Source of the DNA: Clostridiales bacterium
GTDB taxonomy: Bacteria > Bacillota > Clostridia > Saccharofermentanales > Saccharofermentanaceae
Direction of reading: 5' to 3'
DNA length: 64,000 nt
Assembly: GCA_017513085.1 (NCBI GenBank)
Contig: JAFWDK010000008.1
Span: 9,000-72,999 of the forward strand
The notes below the pieces were generated by a model, which did not search any database, was not told the DNA's origin, and worked only from the letters and a program-made list of their open reading frames with translations. Below are positions 10,780 through 20,429 of this stretch, in pieces. Position 1 is the first letter of the stretch. Each line of letters opens with the position of its first letter. A program made the position numbers and the translations under genes.

Positions 10780-13700
10780 TCGCTATACAGATCTGTCCGG
10801 CCTGAAGAGTATACCTTCTTTCATTCAGACGCAGAATATTACCGGTCGATGCCAACCCGATGCTCTTGCAATTCGCAGAATAGCGGAAGACCTCAATGTC
10901 ACGCACCGGCACATCCGCCTCAATCAGGAACTGCTGTTGTTCAGGAGTCGGATTCACAACGATCAGATAAGTATTTCCATTGGAAGTAAAAGCATAAGAA
11001 AGCAGCTCCACCTGATATCCTTCTTCATTCGTCTTAGAAAGCGGCACAGTCCAATTGGTGTCCACACGATATCCTTTCGAGATCGAATGCAGCACGCCGA
11101 CAGTATGGATCGCTGTCTCCATATTCGCAGATGTCGTATATCTGTTTTGCAGTCTGTCATCATCTCTCGCAAAGAAGAAGTCTTCATCCGCATCTCCGTC
11201 CAGCCGGCTGACAGGAAGATCGACCGTCACAAATGCTGTATGCTCTCCCAGGTCTTCAAGCATGCATCTGGCAATATTCGCAGCAGTCAAAGGCTGTTCG
11301 ACCGTGATCACTTCATTGTCATACACCTGACGCGTAATGATCGAAACGGAAAGGTCGGATACCCACTCACCTTTTGTTTCCTGAATATATGACGCCGGAA
11401 TCCTGGGAATAGCGTCCTGATAATCCTGATACTGGGAATCCAGAAGCGAAGAAAGATCTCCGTTTTGGATCTCCTTATTGGCAGCATCGTTAGAAATATG
11501 TAAGGTTGAAGCATGGTAATCCGCCTGAGAATTCATGGTTCCACCTACATACTGCATACCATCGATCAGAACGATCTTATCTTTTATATCTACATAGTAT
11601 TTCGAATTTCGGATCAGCGAGATCACATAATCCACATAAGAACCCCGCTCCATATCCGTCTCAAAAAGCCCGTTACTGTCCGTCACTTCAATCAGGATAC
11701 GGTCAAACTGTCTCGCCCACGGGACCGCGGTTCCATTATCCACACGGACTTTACCGTACGGTTCCGTGATGCTTCCGCAAAGATAACTCAGAAGAACATC
11801 TGAATCTTCTTTACTGAAAGCGGAATCGATCACTAACCAGGGATTCGCGTTGACTTGTTTTACAAGACGGAGCGTCGACTCCAGCGAGATCACGCCGGTA
11901 CCGGAAACCCCATGTTCTCCAACGATGTTCAGTCTTTCATTTCCGTTCAGGAGAAGATTGGACTGAATAGTACTGCCGAGTTTACCAAATCCGAGATTAT
12001 CCAACCGGATATACTCCGGCTGGTTATTTTCCAAAAGCTTAACCAGCTGAGGTTCGATCTCCGAATCGGAAAAACCTTCTCTTTCCAGACGGACACCGTC
12101 GCAGTAGAGTTCGCCGGAACCATAAAAACCGATATTCAAACGTATCTGTGACTCTTCCGACGGAACATATCCGGAAGGCCATGCAAATGTAAAACTATAT
12201 TCTCTCCAACTGCTGCTCACCTCAGTAAAAGTCGAGCCGATCGATTCCGAAAGTCCCGAAAGCCATACCATGACGCGGCCACCGGTCAGATTACCTTGCT
12301 TCAGCCATAAACGCACATGATAAAATGCCTTATCCTTCATCGGGCTGACTTCATCACGGGAAATTACTTGAGAGACAAAATGTGCTTTTTCCACATCAGG
12401 ATTGGAAGAAAAAAGATGCAGAGAACGCTCGCCGGTTGTTTTCGGCGCATTCTGCGCATTCTGGACCACCGAATCCTCACCGAAAACCTCCCAGGCACTC
12501 ATGCCCTCCTGATTCATGGAAGGAACCGCTACGGTAAGGTAACAAACATCGCCGTTTTGAATCAACGCATCGCCGATTTCACGATCGATCGTCACTTTGG
12601 TAAACAGCGACGATGTATAAAGCGTACCTTTTCTGACAAAAAGCAGGTTCTCGTCGGAAGTAATGCCCATCGCCGAGATCTCACTATTACGCTCGTCATT
12701 CAATCTTTCCCACTTGTTCTCCACAAACGAGTAAGAATAAATATATCCGCCGAAAGTCAGCATCCAAACATCTCCATTTGAAAAACAGACAAGCTGCTTC
12801 GGTGAATAGTTTTTCTCGAGGGAATCCGTATATCTTGTAAAAGACCACTTCTGCGCCTCTTCATCAAAGGAACCGATCGCCATCTGTCCCTTTGCGTCCA
12901 AAAGCGTGATCTTTCCGTTATCAAAAGAAGAAAGGATCCAGGAATCTTCACTCTCGCATGAAAGTTCATCCTGACCCAGAGCCCGGAAAACCGTTCCATT
13001 GGACGTCGTCAGCACGGTTCCATTCTCCGCGCACAGCAGAGCTCTTTTTCCGTCACTGACCGCCGTGGAAAAAGAACTCTCCTCACCTGTTTTCGGCTCG
13101 ATGACCCGATTTCCTTCATGCACAAGTACTTTTCCTTGGCCGCCACACGCAATGACAGTCTGCCCGATCACCGTGAGAGCACGAATATCTGTATCTTCAT
13201 TCGGCTCCGCATTGCCACCCAGCTCACTCCACAACCGGCCTCCGGACGAAGAAAAGAAACGTCCGTGTCTGGTCACCGCATAATCTCTTTTGCCGAAGCT
13301 GAACGAATCCACAAAAGGATCATTCTCATCCGGAGATTCGATGGCAAATTGCGTGGAAGTATGAATATACGTGATCATATCGCCATTCGCCATGATCGCC
13401 GCAGAATACTCATCATTACTGCAGATCTTCTTAACTTCCTCAGCGCGGCTGATCTCGCTCTCCATCGGCTTCCAAATGCCTAACTGGTTTTTGGAATAAT
13501 CCACGACACCGGCATCCAGGATCTGATTCATCCGTCCATCCTCATCATAAGCCATAATGCGGAGTTTTCCGCTCTTGTGATAAGACTGCAGGATTTTCTC
13601 GATCTTCGAGGAGGAGTGATGAAGAAAAACCGAATTTCCCTCCGCCTCTGCCACGCTGAACACATCCTCGACATAGTTATTTTCAAAAGAAGCATCCCAA

Positions 13701-13939
13701 ACCAGATTTGTGGAAGGAATGTAAGAGAGATTCAGTCCGAGTCCCGAAGATGCAATACCATTTCTGTTTTGAGAAACCGAGACTTTCGGATAATCGGATC
13801 CCATACGGAATAATCCTAAGCTGACAAAAAGGAAAGACGAAATCAAAAGAAAAATAACGGAAACCGTAACCGCCGTAACAAACGGCCGTTTATGGACGCG
13901 TTCTTTTCGTGTAAACAGATTACGGATCCGACTGAACAT
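10754..13939 (-). CDS. Membrane-anchored 1061-aa multidomain protein of unknown function (beta-propeller-like and CBM-like segments)
   Basis: It has an N-terminal TM anchor (VTAVTVSVIFLLISSFLFVSLGLF). BNR/Ycf48-like degenerate repeats are present (SSSGGRLWSEL, TTSNGTVFRAL). One segment resembles CBM4/9 (WEVFGEDS..LWLKQGNLTGGRVMVWL..ELYCDGVRLERE). The start overlaps the stop of the upstream CPBP gene (TAATG). Confidence 0.6.
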   Translation of the reverse strand: MFSRIRNLFTRKERVHKRPFVTAVTVSVIFLLISSFLFVSLGLFRMGSDYPKVSVSQNRNGIASSGLGLNLSYIPSTNLVWDASFENNYVEDVFSVAEAEGNSVFLHHSSSKIEKILQSYHKSGKLRIMAYDEDGRMNQILDAGVVDYSKNQLGIWKPMESEISRAEEVKKICSNDEYSAAIMANGDMITYIHTSTQFAIESPDENDPFVDSFSFGKRDYAVTRHGRFFSSSGGRLWSELGGNAEPNEDTDIRALTVIGQTVIACGGQGKVLVHEGNRVIEPKTGEESSFSTAVSDGKRALLCAENGTVLTTSNGTVFRALGQDELSCESEDSWILSSFDNGKITLLDAKGQMAIGSFDEEAQKWSFTRYTDSLEKNYSPKQLVCFSNGDVWMLTFGGYIYSYSFVENKWERLNDERNSEISAMGITSDENLLFVRKGTLYTSSLFTKVTIDREIGDALIQNGDVCYLTVAVPSMNQEGMSAWEVFGEDSVVQNAQNAPKTTGERSLHLFSSNPDVEKAHFVSQVISRDEVSPMKDKAFYHVRLWLKQGNLTGGRVMVWLSGLSESIGSTFTEVSSSWREYSFTFAWPSGYVPSEESQIRLNIGFYGSGELYCDGVRLEREGFSDSEIEPQLVKLLENNQPEYIRLDNLGFGKLGSTIQSNLLLNGNERLNIVGEHGVSGTGVISLESTLRLVKQVNANPWLVIDSAFSKEDSDVLLSYLCGSITEPYGKVRVDNGTAVPWARQFDRILIEVTDSNGLFETDMERGSYVDYVISLIRNSKYYVDIKDKIVLIDGMQYVGGTMNSQADYHASTLHISNDAANKEIQNGDLSSLLDSQYQDYQDAIPRIPASYIQETKGEWVSDLSVSIITRQVYDNEVITVEQPLTAANIARCMLEDLGEHTAFVTVDLPVSRLDGDADEDFFFARDDDRLQNRYTTSANMETAIHTVGVLHSISKGYRVDTNWTVPLSKTNEEGYQVELLSYAFTSNGNTYLIVVNPTPEQQQFLIEADVPVRDIEVFRYSANCKSIGLASTGNILRLNERRYTLQAGQICIAIIPSEEKT

Positions 13940-14784
13940 TACTGTTCTCCTTTACTTTCTACAGGCACTGTCATTTTCGATTTCTTATCCTGTTTCTTCT
14001 TGAACCGGATAAGCAGGATAACCATGATGATAAAAATCGGGATCGCCGCATACTCCACAACTTCCAGAATATACTGGATCACTTCTGAAGGATTGAACAC
14101 TTCGTAGATCCCGCTTCCGACAAAATTAAAAAGCATATGCGTCGCGATAGACATGACCAGATTCTTCGAGACATAATACACGACGGCCAGTACGATTCCG
14201 CATAAGAACGCATAGCCGATCTGGATCACCTGGCCATGCATGACGCCAAAACAAAAACCGCTCACAAGAATAGCCGGCACCGGGTGGCTTACCTGAAGCA
14301 TCCCTTGGAAAACCACGCCACGGAAGATCATCTCTTCCAGCACAGGGATCAGGAGACAACTCGAAAGAAGATTCAGAGCAACCGCCAGAGTTGAAGAAGA
14401 CGTCACTTCCATCATCTCATTATATTCACGCATGGATCGTTCAATGTACGGCGTATGGATATTATTGATGGCTGTAAAATACAATGCCGATATGCCCAGC
14501 ATCGCCAGCGCGGCAAAAACCGCCAACAACCAATCTTCCGACTTGCCTTTCGAGTACGGGATCTGCCCGAAACCATATTTTCTGTAGGCGCGGAACCATA
14601 AAAGACAAAGGATGATGCCGACTATACCTTCGAGAGTATAGATCGCATAGTCATACTTCATCACATCTTCTCCGGCAAAAGCACGCACCGTCTCAAGCGA
14701 GATCGATATAAGAAGATAGTAAGCAATCATGCAGGCTAACGGAACTACGACATACTGAATGATGACCCGGCCGACTTTGCTCAT
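13939..14784 (-). CDS. CPBP-family (CAAX) intramembrane metalloprotease
   Basis: Polytopic, with motifs EEMIFRGVVFQ, FGVMHG and THMLFNF. There is an ATGA overlap with the upstream DUF1292 gene. Confidence 0.85.
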   Translation of the reverse strand: MSKVGRVIIQYVVVPLACMIAYYLLISISLETVRAFAGEDVMKYDYAIYTLEGIVGIILCLLWFRAYRKYGFGQIPYSKGKSEDWLLAVFAALAMLGISALYFTAINNIHTPYIERSMREYNEMMEVTSSSTLAVALNLLSSCLLIPVLEEMIFRGVVFQGMLQVSHPVPAILVSGFCFGVMHGQVIQIGYAFLCGIVLAVVYYVSKNLVMSIATHMLFNFVGSGIYEVFNPSEVIQYILEVVEYAAIPIFIIMVILLIRFKKKQDKKSKMTVPVESKGEQ

Positions 14785-15185
14785 GACTCCTCCACATTAC
14801 GTGGTCTCGCCTTCGGCGCACTGCGGACTTTTCTGGCGCTCTTATCCGATGCATACCTGCGCATGAAAACTGTAAACGCAGCTTCCAGCTCGCTTTCATT
14901 CTTGATCGAGTAGAAATACTGATCACCATTCTTGGCGTATTCCGTTCTCATGATCACCAGTTCCGGATCCGCATGATTTCCATCGTCCGGTTCATAGTTA
15001 TACATCACTACGTATTCGATGTTCTCGATCGAAAACGTATCGATCATGGAAAGATAGTATTCCTTCCCGTTGGAAGCATCGCGGATAACAGCAAGCGCAT
15101 CACCCTCCTTCGGAGAATGATGCGTCGTTCTTGCATTACTTGCGATCTTGGATTTAGTTTTCTTCGTCTGAGTAGTCTTCTTCAT
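14781..15185 (-). CDS. DUF1292 (YrzB-like) protein with Lys/Thr-rich N-terminal extension; start uncertain
   Basis: GKEYYLSMIDTFSIENIEYVVMYNYEPDDG..PELVIMR is a DUF1292 core. Every in-frame ATG lies inside the preceding gene, so ATG 15185 implies a 32-nt overlap. Confidence 0.6.
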   Translation of the reverse strand: MKKTTQTKKTKSKIASNARTTHHSPKEGDALAVIRDASNGKEYYLSMIDTFSIENIEYVVMYNYEPDDGNHADPELVIMRTEYAKNGDQYFYSIKNESELEAAFTVFMRRYASDKSARKVRSAPKARPRNVEES

Positions 15186-15516
15186 CTTCAAGCTCTGCCT
15201 CATCGCAAAGACGGTCGTATTCAGCATAGATCTCATCTGCTTCCGACTCATCAAGGCTCATCAGACCTTCTTCGCCGTTCTCCATCGTCACAACCTTGGT
15301 AATGACCATTTCCGGCTCTTCCTCATCGGTAGTAACCAGTACGCAATAGGACTGATCCTTATATTCGAAATCATCCACCAAAGCAAACTGATACTCTTCG
15401 CCACTATCTGCATCGATCATCGTAATGATTGCTTCGTCCTCATTCATGCACTCTTCCGAGCCTTCTGCGCAGTTCAAATTGCAATCATCACAATTCTTTT
15501 CACAATTAAATAACAT
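15154..15516 (-). CDS. DUF1292 protein with Cys-rich N-terminus
   Basis: ITMIDADSGEEYQFALVDDFEYKDQSYCVLVTTDEEEPEMVI is a DUF1292 core. The N-terminus is MLFNCEKNCDDCNLNCAEGSEEC and the tail is acidic. Confidence 0.75.
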   Translation of the reverse strand: MLFNCEKNCDDCNLNCAEGSEECMNEDEAIITMIDADSGEEYQFALVDDFEYKDQSYCVLVTTDEEEPEMVITKVVTMENGEEGLMSLDESEADEIYAEYDRLCDEAELEDEEDYSDEEN

Positions 15517-15580
15517 AAAGCACCTCCGTTACTGTTTCGTCTTGCAACGAATAAATTATTATACCATGAATATCCCCGCT

Positions 15581-16000
15581 TTAGCGATGCATATCCAAAT
15601 ATTCCTGTAAGATGATCTCCGCGGCTACCTGGTCAACGACTTTCTTCTTATTTTTCCCTGAAACACCAGTTGTCCGAAGATATTGGGATGCGATCACCGT
15701 GGTGAAGCGCTCATCACGGAAAACAGGTTCGATTCCGACTCTCTGACTAAGTTCGGCTCCAAAAGCAACCGCCTTTTCTTCGGATTCACTGACTGTACCA
15801 TCCGTACGGCTCGGCTTACCCAGCACGATGGTAGTCACCTGTTTCTCCTCTACGATCTGAGAAAGTCTTGTCAATGCGTATTCACTGTCCTGACCATTCC
15901 AGGAAATCGTTTCAAAACCCTGTGCCATGATACCGAGCGGATCACTGAGCGCTACCCCGATCCTTCTCGTACCAAAATCAATCGCCATGACTCGACCCAT
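15581..16000 (-). CDS. ruvX: Holliday junction resolvase-like nuclease RuvX (YqgF)
   Basis: MGRVMAIDFGTRRIGVALSDPLGIMAQG..VTTIVLGKPSRTDGT..DERFTT is the YqgF family pattern. It sits in the conserved position after ireB. Confidence 0.9.
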   Translation of the reverse strand: MGRVMAIDFGTRRIGVALSDPLGIMAQGFETISWNGQDSEYALTRLSQIVEEKQVTTIVLGKPSRTDGTVSESEEKAVAFGAELSQRVGIEPVFRDERFTTVIASQYLRTTGVSGKNKKKVVDQVAAEIILQEYLDMHR

Positions 16001-16025
16001 CGACGTACACTTCTCCTAAAAACTC

Positions 16026-16286
16026 TTACTCGTCCGCCAGACGCTCGCAGTAATCGCGCACGATCACCTCGAGGAGCTCATCTCTCTCCATACGGCGGAT
16101 GATGCCTCTGGCTCCCTTATAATTGGTAATGTAAGTCGGATCACCGGACATAAAATAACCCACCAGCTGGTTGATCGGATTATATCCCTTCTCCTGTAAT
16201 GCATCGAGAACCTGCATCATAAGTTCCTTCGCATCCTCGGAGCGATCCATATTAAAAGAAAATCTAGCTGTGCCCGAATCCTGCAT
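16026..16286 (-). CDS. ireB: IreB-family regulatory phosphoprotein (UPF0297/YrzL)
   Basis: [54 protein letters not shown] is the highly conserved UPF0297 signature. Confidence 0.9.
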   Translation of the reverse strand: MQDSGTARFSFNMDRSEDAKELMMQVLDALQEKGYNPINQLVGYFMSGDPTYITNYKGARGIIRRMERDELLEVIVRDYCERLADE

Positions 16287-16397
16287 TGTCGACGCACCTC
16301 CTTCATTTAAACATCCACATCAATGGATATATTCTACCACACAAAAAATCAATAAATCACAAGAATATTGTAACAAAAATCAAAATTTCTGAAAACT

Positions 16398-17711
16398 CTA
16401 AGAGCCCGTCACTGGAAAACCCTTGCCGCGCAGCGTAAAGCCGTCTGCGGATCCCACCCTGCACGAGAGCAAAATGCCGGGTTTCAGGCAGTCGCTATCG
16501 CAAGTACCCAAAACACGGATATACTCCCTGCAATATCCTTCGAAAAGTCCCGGCTCAGGCACTTTTTCCACGAGTACTTCCACCTCTGCCCCGACCATTT
16601 CACGGGCTCTTTCCGCTTCCATAACATCCGATATTTCACGAAGCTCCGCAGTCCTTCGGTTCTTCACGGAAGGATCCACCTGGTCAGGCATAGAAAACGC
16701 TTTGGTACCTTCGCGCGGAGAAAACGGAAAAACATGGATATGCGTGAATCCGATCTCTTTGGCAAAGGCACAGGACTCCTTATGCTCCTCCTCCGTCTCA
16801 CCCGGAAAGCCGCAGATCATATCAGTAGTAAAGCTCGCCGTCGGAAAAGCACTTCTCAGTTTCCGTACCACTTCCCGGAAAAGTTCAGTGTCATATTTCC
16901 TGTTCATTCTTTTCAGCACCGAATCTGATCCGCTTTGAAGTGAAAGATGGAAATGCGGACATATCTTACCATTATCTCTGAGCATACCGATCAGCTCATC
17001 GGTCATGGAATATGGCTCCAACGACCCAAGTCGGATGCGCTCCACACCATCAATACCGGCCACTTCAGAAAGCAGCTCACCCAGAGCCGAAGGCCCATGC
17101 CCCAGTTCTTTTTCATAAGAACAAAGATGAATACCTGTAATGACGAACTCGCTATACCCCTTGCCCGCCAGATCCCGGATCTCTTCCAGCACAGCTTCAC
17201 GGCTCCGGCTTCTTACCCGGCCGCGGGAATAAGGGATGATACAGTAGGTGCAAAAATTATTGCATCCATCCTCGATCTTTACGACCGCACGTGTTCCCTC
17301 CTGAAGAAGCACCGCACCATACTCAAAGAAACGCCCGCCTGCATCATAAAGATCATTTTCTTTTTCCGCGCTTCGTATCTGCAGTCTCTCCAAAAGAAGC
17401 GGCACGAGTTTCGGGCGATCACTGGTGCCTACCGTGATGTCCGCGCCCTCTTCATCTTTACACATTTCCGTATGACAGCCCATCGCCACAACGATTGCGG
17501 ACGGGGCAACTCTTCTGGCTTTGCGGATCATCTGCCTCGATTTTCTGTCAGCTTCAGCAGTAACAGCGCATGTGTTCACGACATACACATCGCATTGCGA
17601 AGGATCCTGCGTCTCTTCAAAACCCTCGCCGGATAAAAGTTTGGCAATGGCCGCACTCTCATATGAATTCACTTTGCAGCCCAATGTCAGAAAGAAAACT
17701 TTGTATGCCAT
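16398..17711 (-). CDS. mtaB: tRNA methylthiotransferase, MtaB-type radical SAM enzyme
   Basis: MAYKVFFLTLGCKVNSYES is the N-terminal MTTase domain, and CNNFCTYCIIP is the radical SAM CxxxCxxC. ATG 17711 has GAGG 6 nt upstream. The track start is a GTG. Confidence 0.8.
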   Translation of the reverse strand: MAYKVFFLTLGCKVNSYESAAIAKLLSGEGFEETQDPSQCDVYVVNTCAVTAEADRKSRQMIRKARRVAPSAIVVAMGCHTEMCKDEEGADITVGTSDRPKLVPLLLERLQIRSAEKENDLYDAGGRFFEYGAVLLQEGTRAVVKIEDGCNNFCTYCIIPYSRGRVRSRSREAVLEEIRDLAGKGYSEFVITGIHLCSYEKELGHGPSALGELLSEVAGIDGVERIRLGSLEPYSMTDELIGMLRDNGKICPHFHLSLQSGSDSVLKRMNRKYDTELFREVVRKLRSAFPTASFTTDMICGFPGETEEEHKESCAFAKEIGFTHIHVFPFSPREGTKAFSMPDQVDPSVKNRRTAELREISDVMEAERAREMVGAEVEVLVEKVPEPGLFEGYCREYIRVLGTCDSDCLKPGILLSCRVGSADGFTLRGKGFPVTGS

Positions 17712-17857
17712 AAACAACCTCACGTCGTAAAATCGAGACTATTATACCCATATTCACGGAAGTTTCATAGCATCGAAAAGTTTTCTTTCGACATCGTTGA
17801 CATCCAAAACACCTGTGATAAACTATTCCCATACGTTAATAGTCAAGGAGGAGCAAT

Positions 17858-18094
17858 ATGGTTCGCTTTCCAATCCGTTTTCAGTCCATCTCCGATGTGA
17901 AGGAGTTTGTACAGATAGTTAATTCCTATCCGTATGATGTTGATCTGTCATCCGGCCGTTACGTCGTAGATGCAAAATCGATCATGGGTATCTTCAGCCT
18001 TGAGCTCCAGAGCGCCATTAACCTTGAGATCCACAGCAACACTTGCGACGATCTGGTCGAAGCATTGGCTCCTTTCCGCACTGACGATCAGTAA
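17858..18094 (+). CDS. HPr-family-like small protein lacking the phosphorylatable His region
   Basis: 78 aa. VVDAKSIMGIFSLELQSAINLEIHS resembles the HPr core (KSIMGVMSLG). No GIHARPA-type motif is present. The RBS is AAGGAGGAGCAATATG. Confidence 0.6.
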   Translation: MVRFPIRFQSISDVKEFVQIVNSYPYDVDLSSGRYVVDAKSIMGIFSLELQSAINLEIHSNTCDDLVEALAPFRTDDQ

Positions 18095-18141
18095 TCTTTC
18101 CGAAGATCACCCCGACGGGAACCGAAAATCAAGATAAAGCG

Positions 18142-18169
18142 AAGGACTACCATCAAGGTAGTCCTTTTT
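18142..18169 (+). terminator. Intrinsic terminator between convergent genes
   Basis: AAGGACTACC/GGTAGTCCTT 10-bp stem with a 5-nt loop, followed by TTTTT. Confidence 0.7.
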
Positions 18170-18171
18170 GA

Positions 18172-20013
18172 TTATTCAACAAGATTGAAATCGATATGGT
18201 GCATCAGCGGATCCGCCGCAACGGCTTTCACTCGAAGTTTCTGCCCGATCCGGTACACCGTTCCCCGCGACCCCCTCGCTTCAAGTTTCTGCTCATCGAA
18301 AACAAAGTATTCGTTAATAGAATGAAAAGCCACCATTCCTTCTATAGTATTCTCCAACTGTACAAAGATACCGGCATTGCAGGCACCGGATACCACAGCA
18401 TCAAACTCCTCACCCAAACGTTCCTGCATATACTGCGCGCACTTGTAATCCACCGAAGCTCTCTCGGCATCCGCACTGTTCCTTTCCATCTCGGAACTGT
18501 GATACGCCACCTCAGCAACCAATTTGGCAAAGTGATCCTTCTGGTGCTTCTGGTGCAGGAAACTCTTGATGATCCGGTGAATATACAAGTCAGGATAACG
18601 ACGGATCGGCGAAGTAAAATGGCAGTAGAATTTCGAAGCCAAACCGAAATGGCCGCAGTTCATCTCGGAATACTTTGCTTTGGCCATGCTTCGGAGCAAA
18701 AGCTGATTTAAAGCCGGCGCACACTCCCGATCCTTGATCTCTTCCAACACCTCGCTTAAGAACTTCGGCGTAACTTTTCCGGAAGGTCTTTTATGCACAC
18801 CGAAAAGCCGTGCGACATGCAGGAATTCCGCAATCTTCATATCATCCGGTTCCTCATGGATACGGTAGACAAACGGATATTCCATCTTGTTAAAGCGCTC
18901 CGCGATCGCTTCATTTGCTGCGATCATAAACTCTTCGATCACACCATGGATCTCATTGATCGGATAAGCATACACATCCACAGGCTTTCCCTCGGAATCA
19001 AGTTCAACATGCGTCTCCGGGAAAACAAAATCGATGTTTCCGCGCAATCTCCGCTTCTCCTTCAGGATCCGCTTCAGATCCAGCATAGTCTGAAACATTC
19101 CCTTAAGGTTCTTATACTCTTCGATCTCTTCATTCTCAAAAAGCACCCGGTTGACTTCGTTATATGAGGTTCTTGCATTACTCTCGATCAGACTCTCATA
19201 TACGGAATCCTCGATAATATTTCCGGAACCGTCGATAACCATTTCACAAGTCAGACAGAAACGCGGCACATGCGGATTCAAACTGCAAAGTCCATTGGAA
19301 AGCTTCGGTGGAAGCATCGGAATAACACGATCCACAAGATACACGGAAGTTCCGCGCAGGGCCGCCTCTCTATCAAGTGCCGTCCCCTCACGGACATATT
19401 CAGAAACATCGGCGATATGCACCCACAAACGGTACCGGCCATGATCAAGCTTGGCAATAGAGATCGCGTCGTCAAGGTCTTTGGCCTCTTCACCATCGAT
19501 CGTAATGGTCGTAAGATGGCGAAGATCCTTTCTTCCCTGCAGCAAAGCCTCCTCAATCGTCTTATCCTCAGGAGTCAGCGGAAGATCCTGTACTTCTTCC
19601 TGTACCGGAACCGGGAACGAAGAAGACAGTCCAAACTGCCGAAGTATCGACAGCATCGCCACATCGTTGTTTCCGGGATCTCCCAGCACCTCGATAATCC
19701 TGCCCTCGTAATCACCCTTCTTCGCACTCGGATTCAAGATCTCACAGACGACTTTCATACCGAACGGCGCACCATTCTGCTGATTCTTACGGATAATAAT
19801 ACGTCCATATGTGGATGACGGATAGCCGGGATCCGGAACCACCACACCATTATCGATACCTTTCTGAAGGATGCCCACGCACTGGTTTTCCAAAGCCTGC
19901 GGTCCTCTCGGCGCCGTGTCCGCCACAGTAATTTCACGCTCCTGCGGATGCTTGACCAGATTTTTGCTCGCCACCGGGCGAATCTTCATATGTTTTCTCT
20001 TTTGTCTGCCCAT
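18172..20013 (-). CDS. rnr: Ribonuclease R (RNB-family 3'-5' exoribonuclease with C-terminal S1 domain)
   Basis: TIDGEEAKDLDDAISI, VYLVDRVIPMLP, HFGLASKFYCHFTSPIRRYPDL and C-terminal S1-like GIFVQLENTIEGMV. ATG 20013 follows GGAGGGAAAT. Confidence 0.9.
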   Translation of the reverse strand: MGRQKRKHMKIRPVASKNLVKHPQEREITVADTAPRGPQALENQCVGILQKGIDNGVVVPDPGYPSSTYGRIIIRKNQQNGAPFGMKVVCEILNPSAKKGDYEGRIIEVLGDPGNNDVAMLSILRQFGLSSSFPVPVQEEVQDLPLTPEDKTIEEALLQGRKDLRHLTTITIDGEEAKDLDDAISIAKLDHGRYRLWVHIADVSEYVREGTALDREAALRGTSVYLVDRVIPMLPPKLSNGLCSLNPHVPRFCLTCEMVIDGSGNIIEDSVYESLIESNARTSYNEVNRVLFENEEIEEYKNLKGMFQTMLDLKRILKEKRRLRGNIDFVFPETHVELDSEGKPVDVYAYPINEIHGVIEEFMIAANEAIAERFNKMEYPFVYRIHEEPDDMKIAEFLHVARLFGVHKRPSGKVTPKFLSEVLEEIKDRECAPALNQLLLRSMAKAKYSEMNCGHFGLASKFYCHFTSPIRRYPDLYIHRIIKSFLHQKHQKDHFAKLVAEVAYHSSEMERNSADAERASVDYKCAQYMQERLGEEFDAVVSGACNAGIFVQLENTIEGMVAFHSINEYFVFDEQKLEARGSRGTVYRIGQKLRVKAVAADPLMHHIDFNLVE

Positions 20014-20032
20014 ATTTCCCTCCACATACTAT

Positions 20033-20073
20033 GCGAAAAAAAGGGCTGAAGTCCGATTCGAACTTTAGCCCTT
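20033..20073 (-). terminator. Intrinsic terminator after secG
   Basis: On the minus strand: AAGGGCTAAAGT..ACTTCAGCCCTT stem followed by TTTTTTT. Confidence 0.7.
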
Positions 20074-20102
20074 GGTTTACATCTGTAAATGTTTTTTCCG
20101 GA

Positions 20103-20354
20103 TCAGAAGCCTCTTGCCAAGATCAGGAAAAGAACTACGGTCAAAACAGCAAACAGAATTGCGACAAGCAATGTGATCTTCTTCAACTTCTCGTCAAGAG
20201 TTCTGCCCTTTGACTTCTCATAGAAAGAATTCGTGCCGCTGCCACCGACAACGCCCATACCCTGGTCATTACCCTCCTGGGACATAACCAGAATGATCAA
20301 AGCGATGCAAACTATAATATCTACGCATGTAAGTACAATTGCTAATGTATTCAT
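20103..20354 (-). CDS. secG: Preprotein translocase subunit SecG
   Basis: MNTLAIVLTCVDIIVCIALIILVMSQEGNDQGMG..GG is the SecG pattern, with two TM helices. ATG 20354 follows GGAGGCTGATATA. Confidence 0.85.
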   Translation of the reverse strand: MNTLAIVLTCVDIIVCIALIILVMSQEGNDQGMGVVGGSGTNSFYEKSKGRTLDEKLKKITLLVAILFAVLTVVLFLILARGF

Positions 20355-20429
20355 TATATCAGCCTCCAAGACTGTTCTCAAATATTTTAACTGTTAGATA
20401 TTAACACAAGACATTCGCAGAATCAACTG

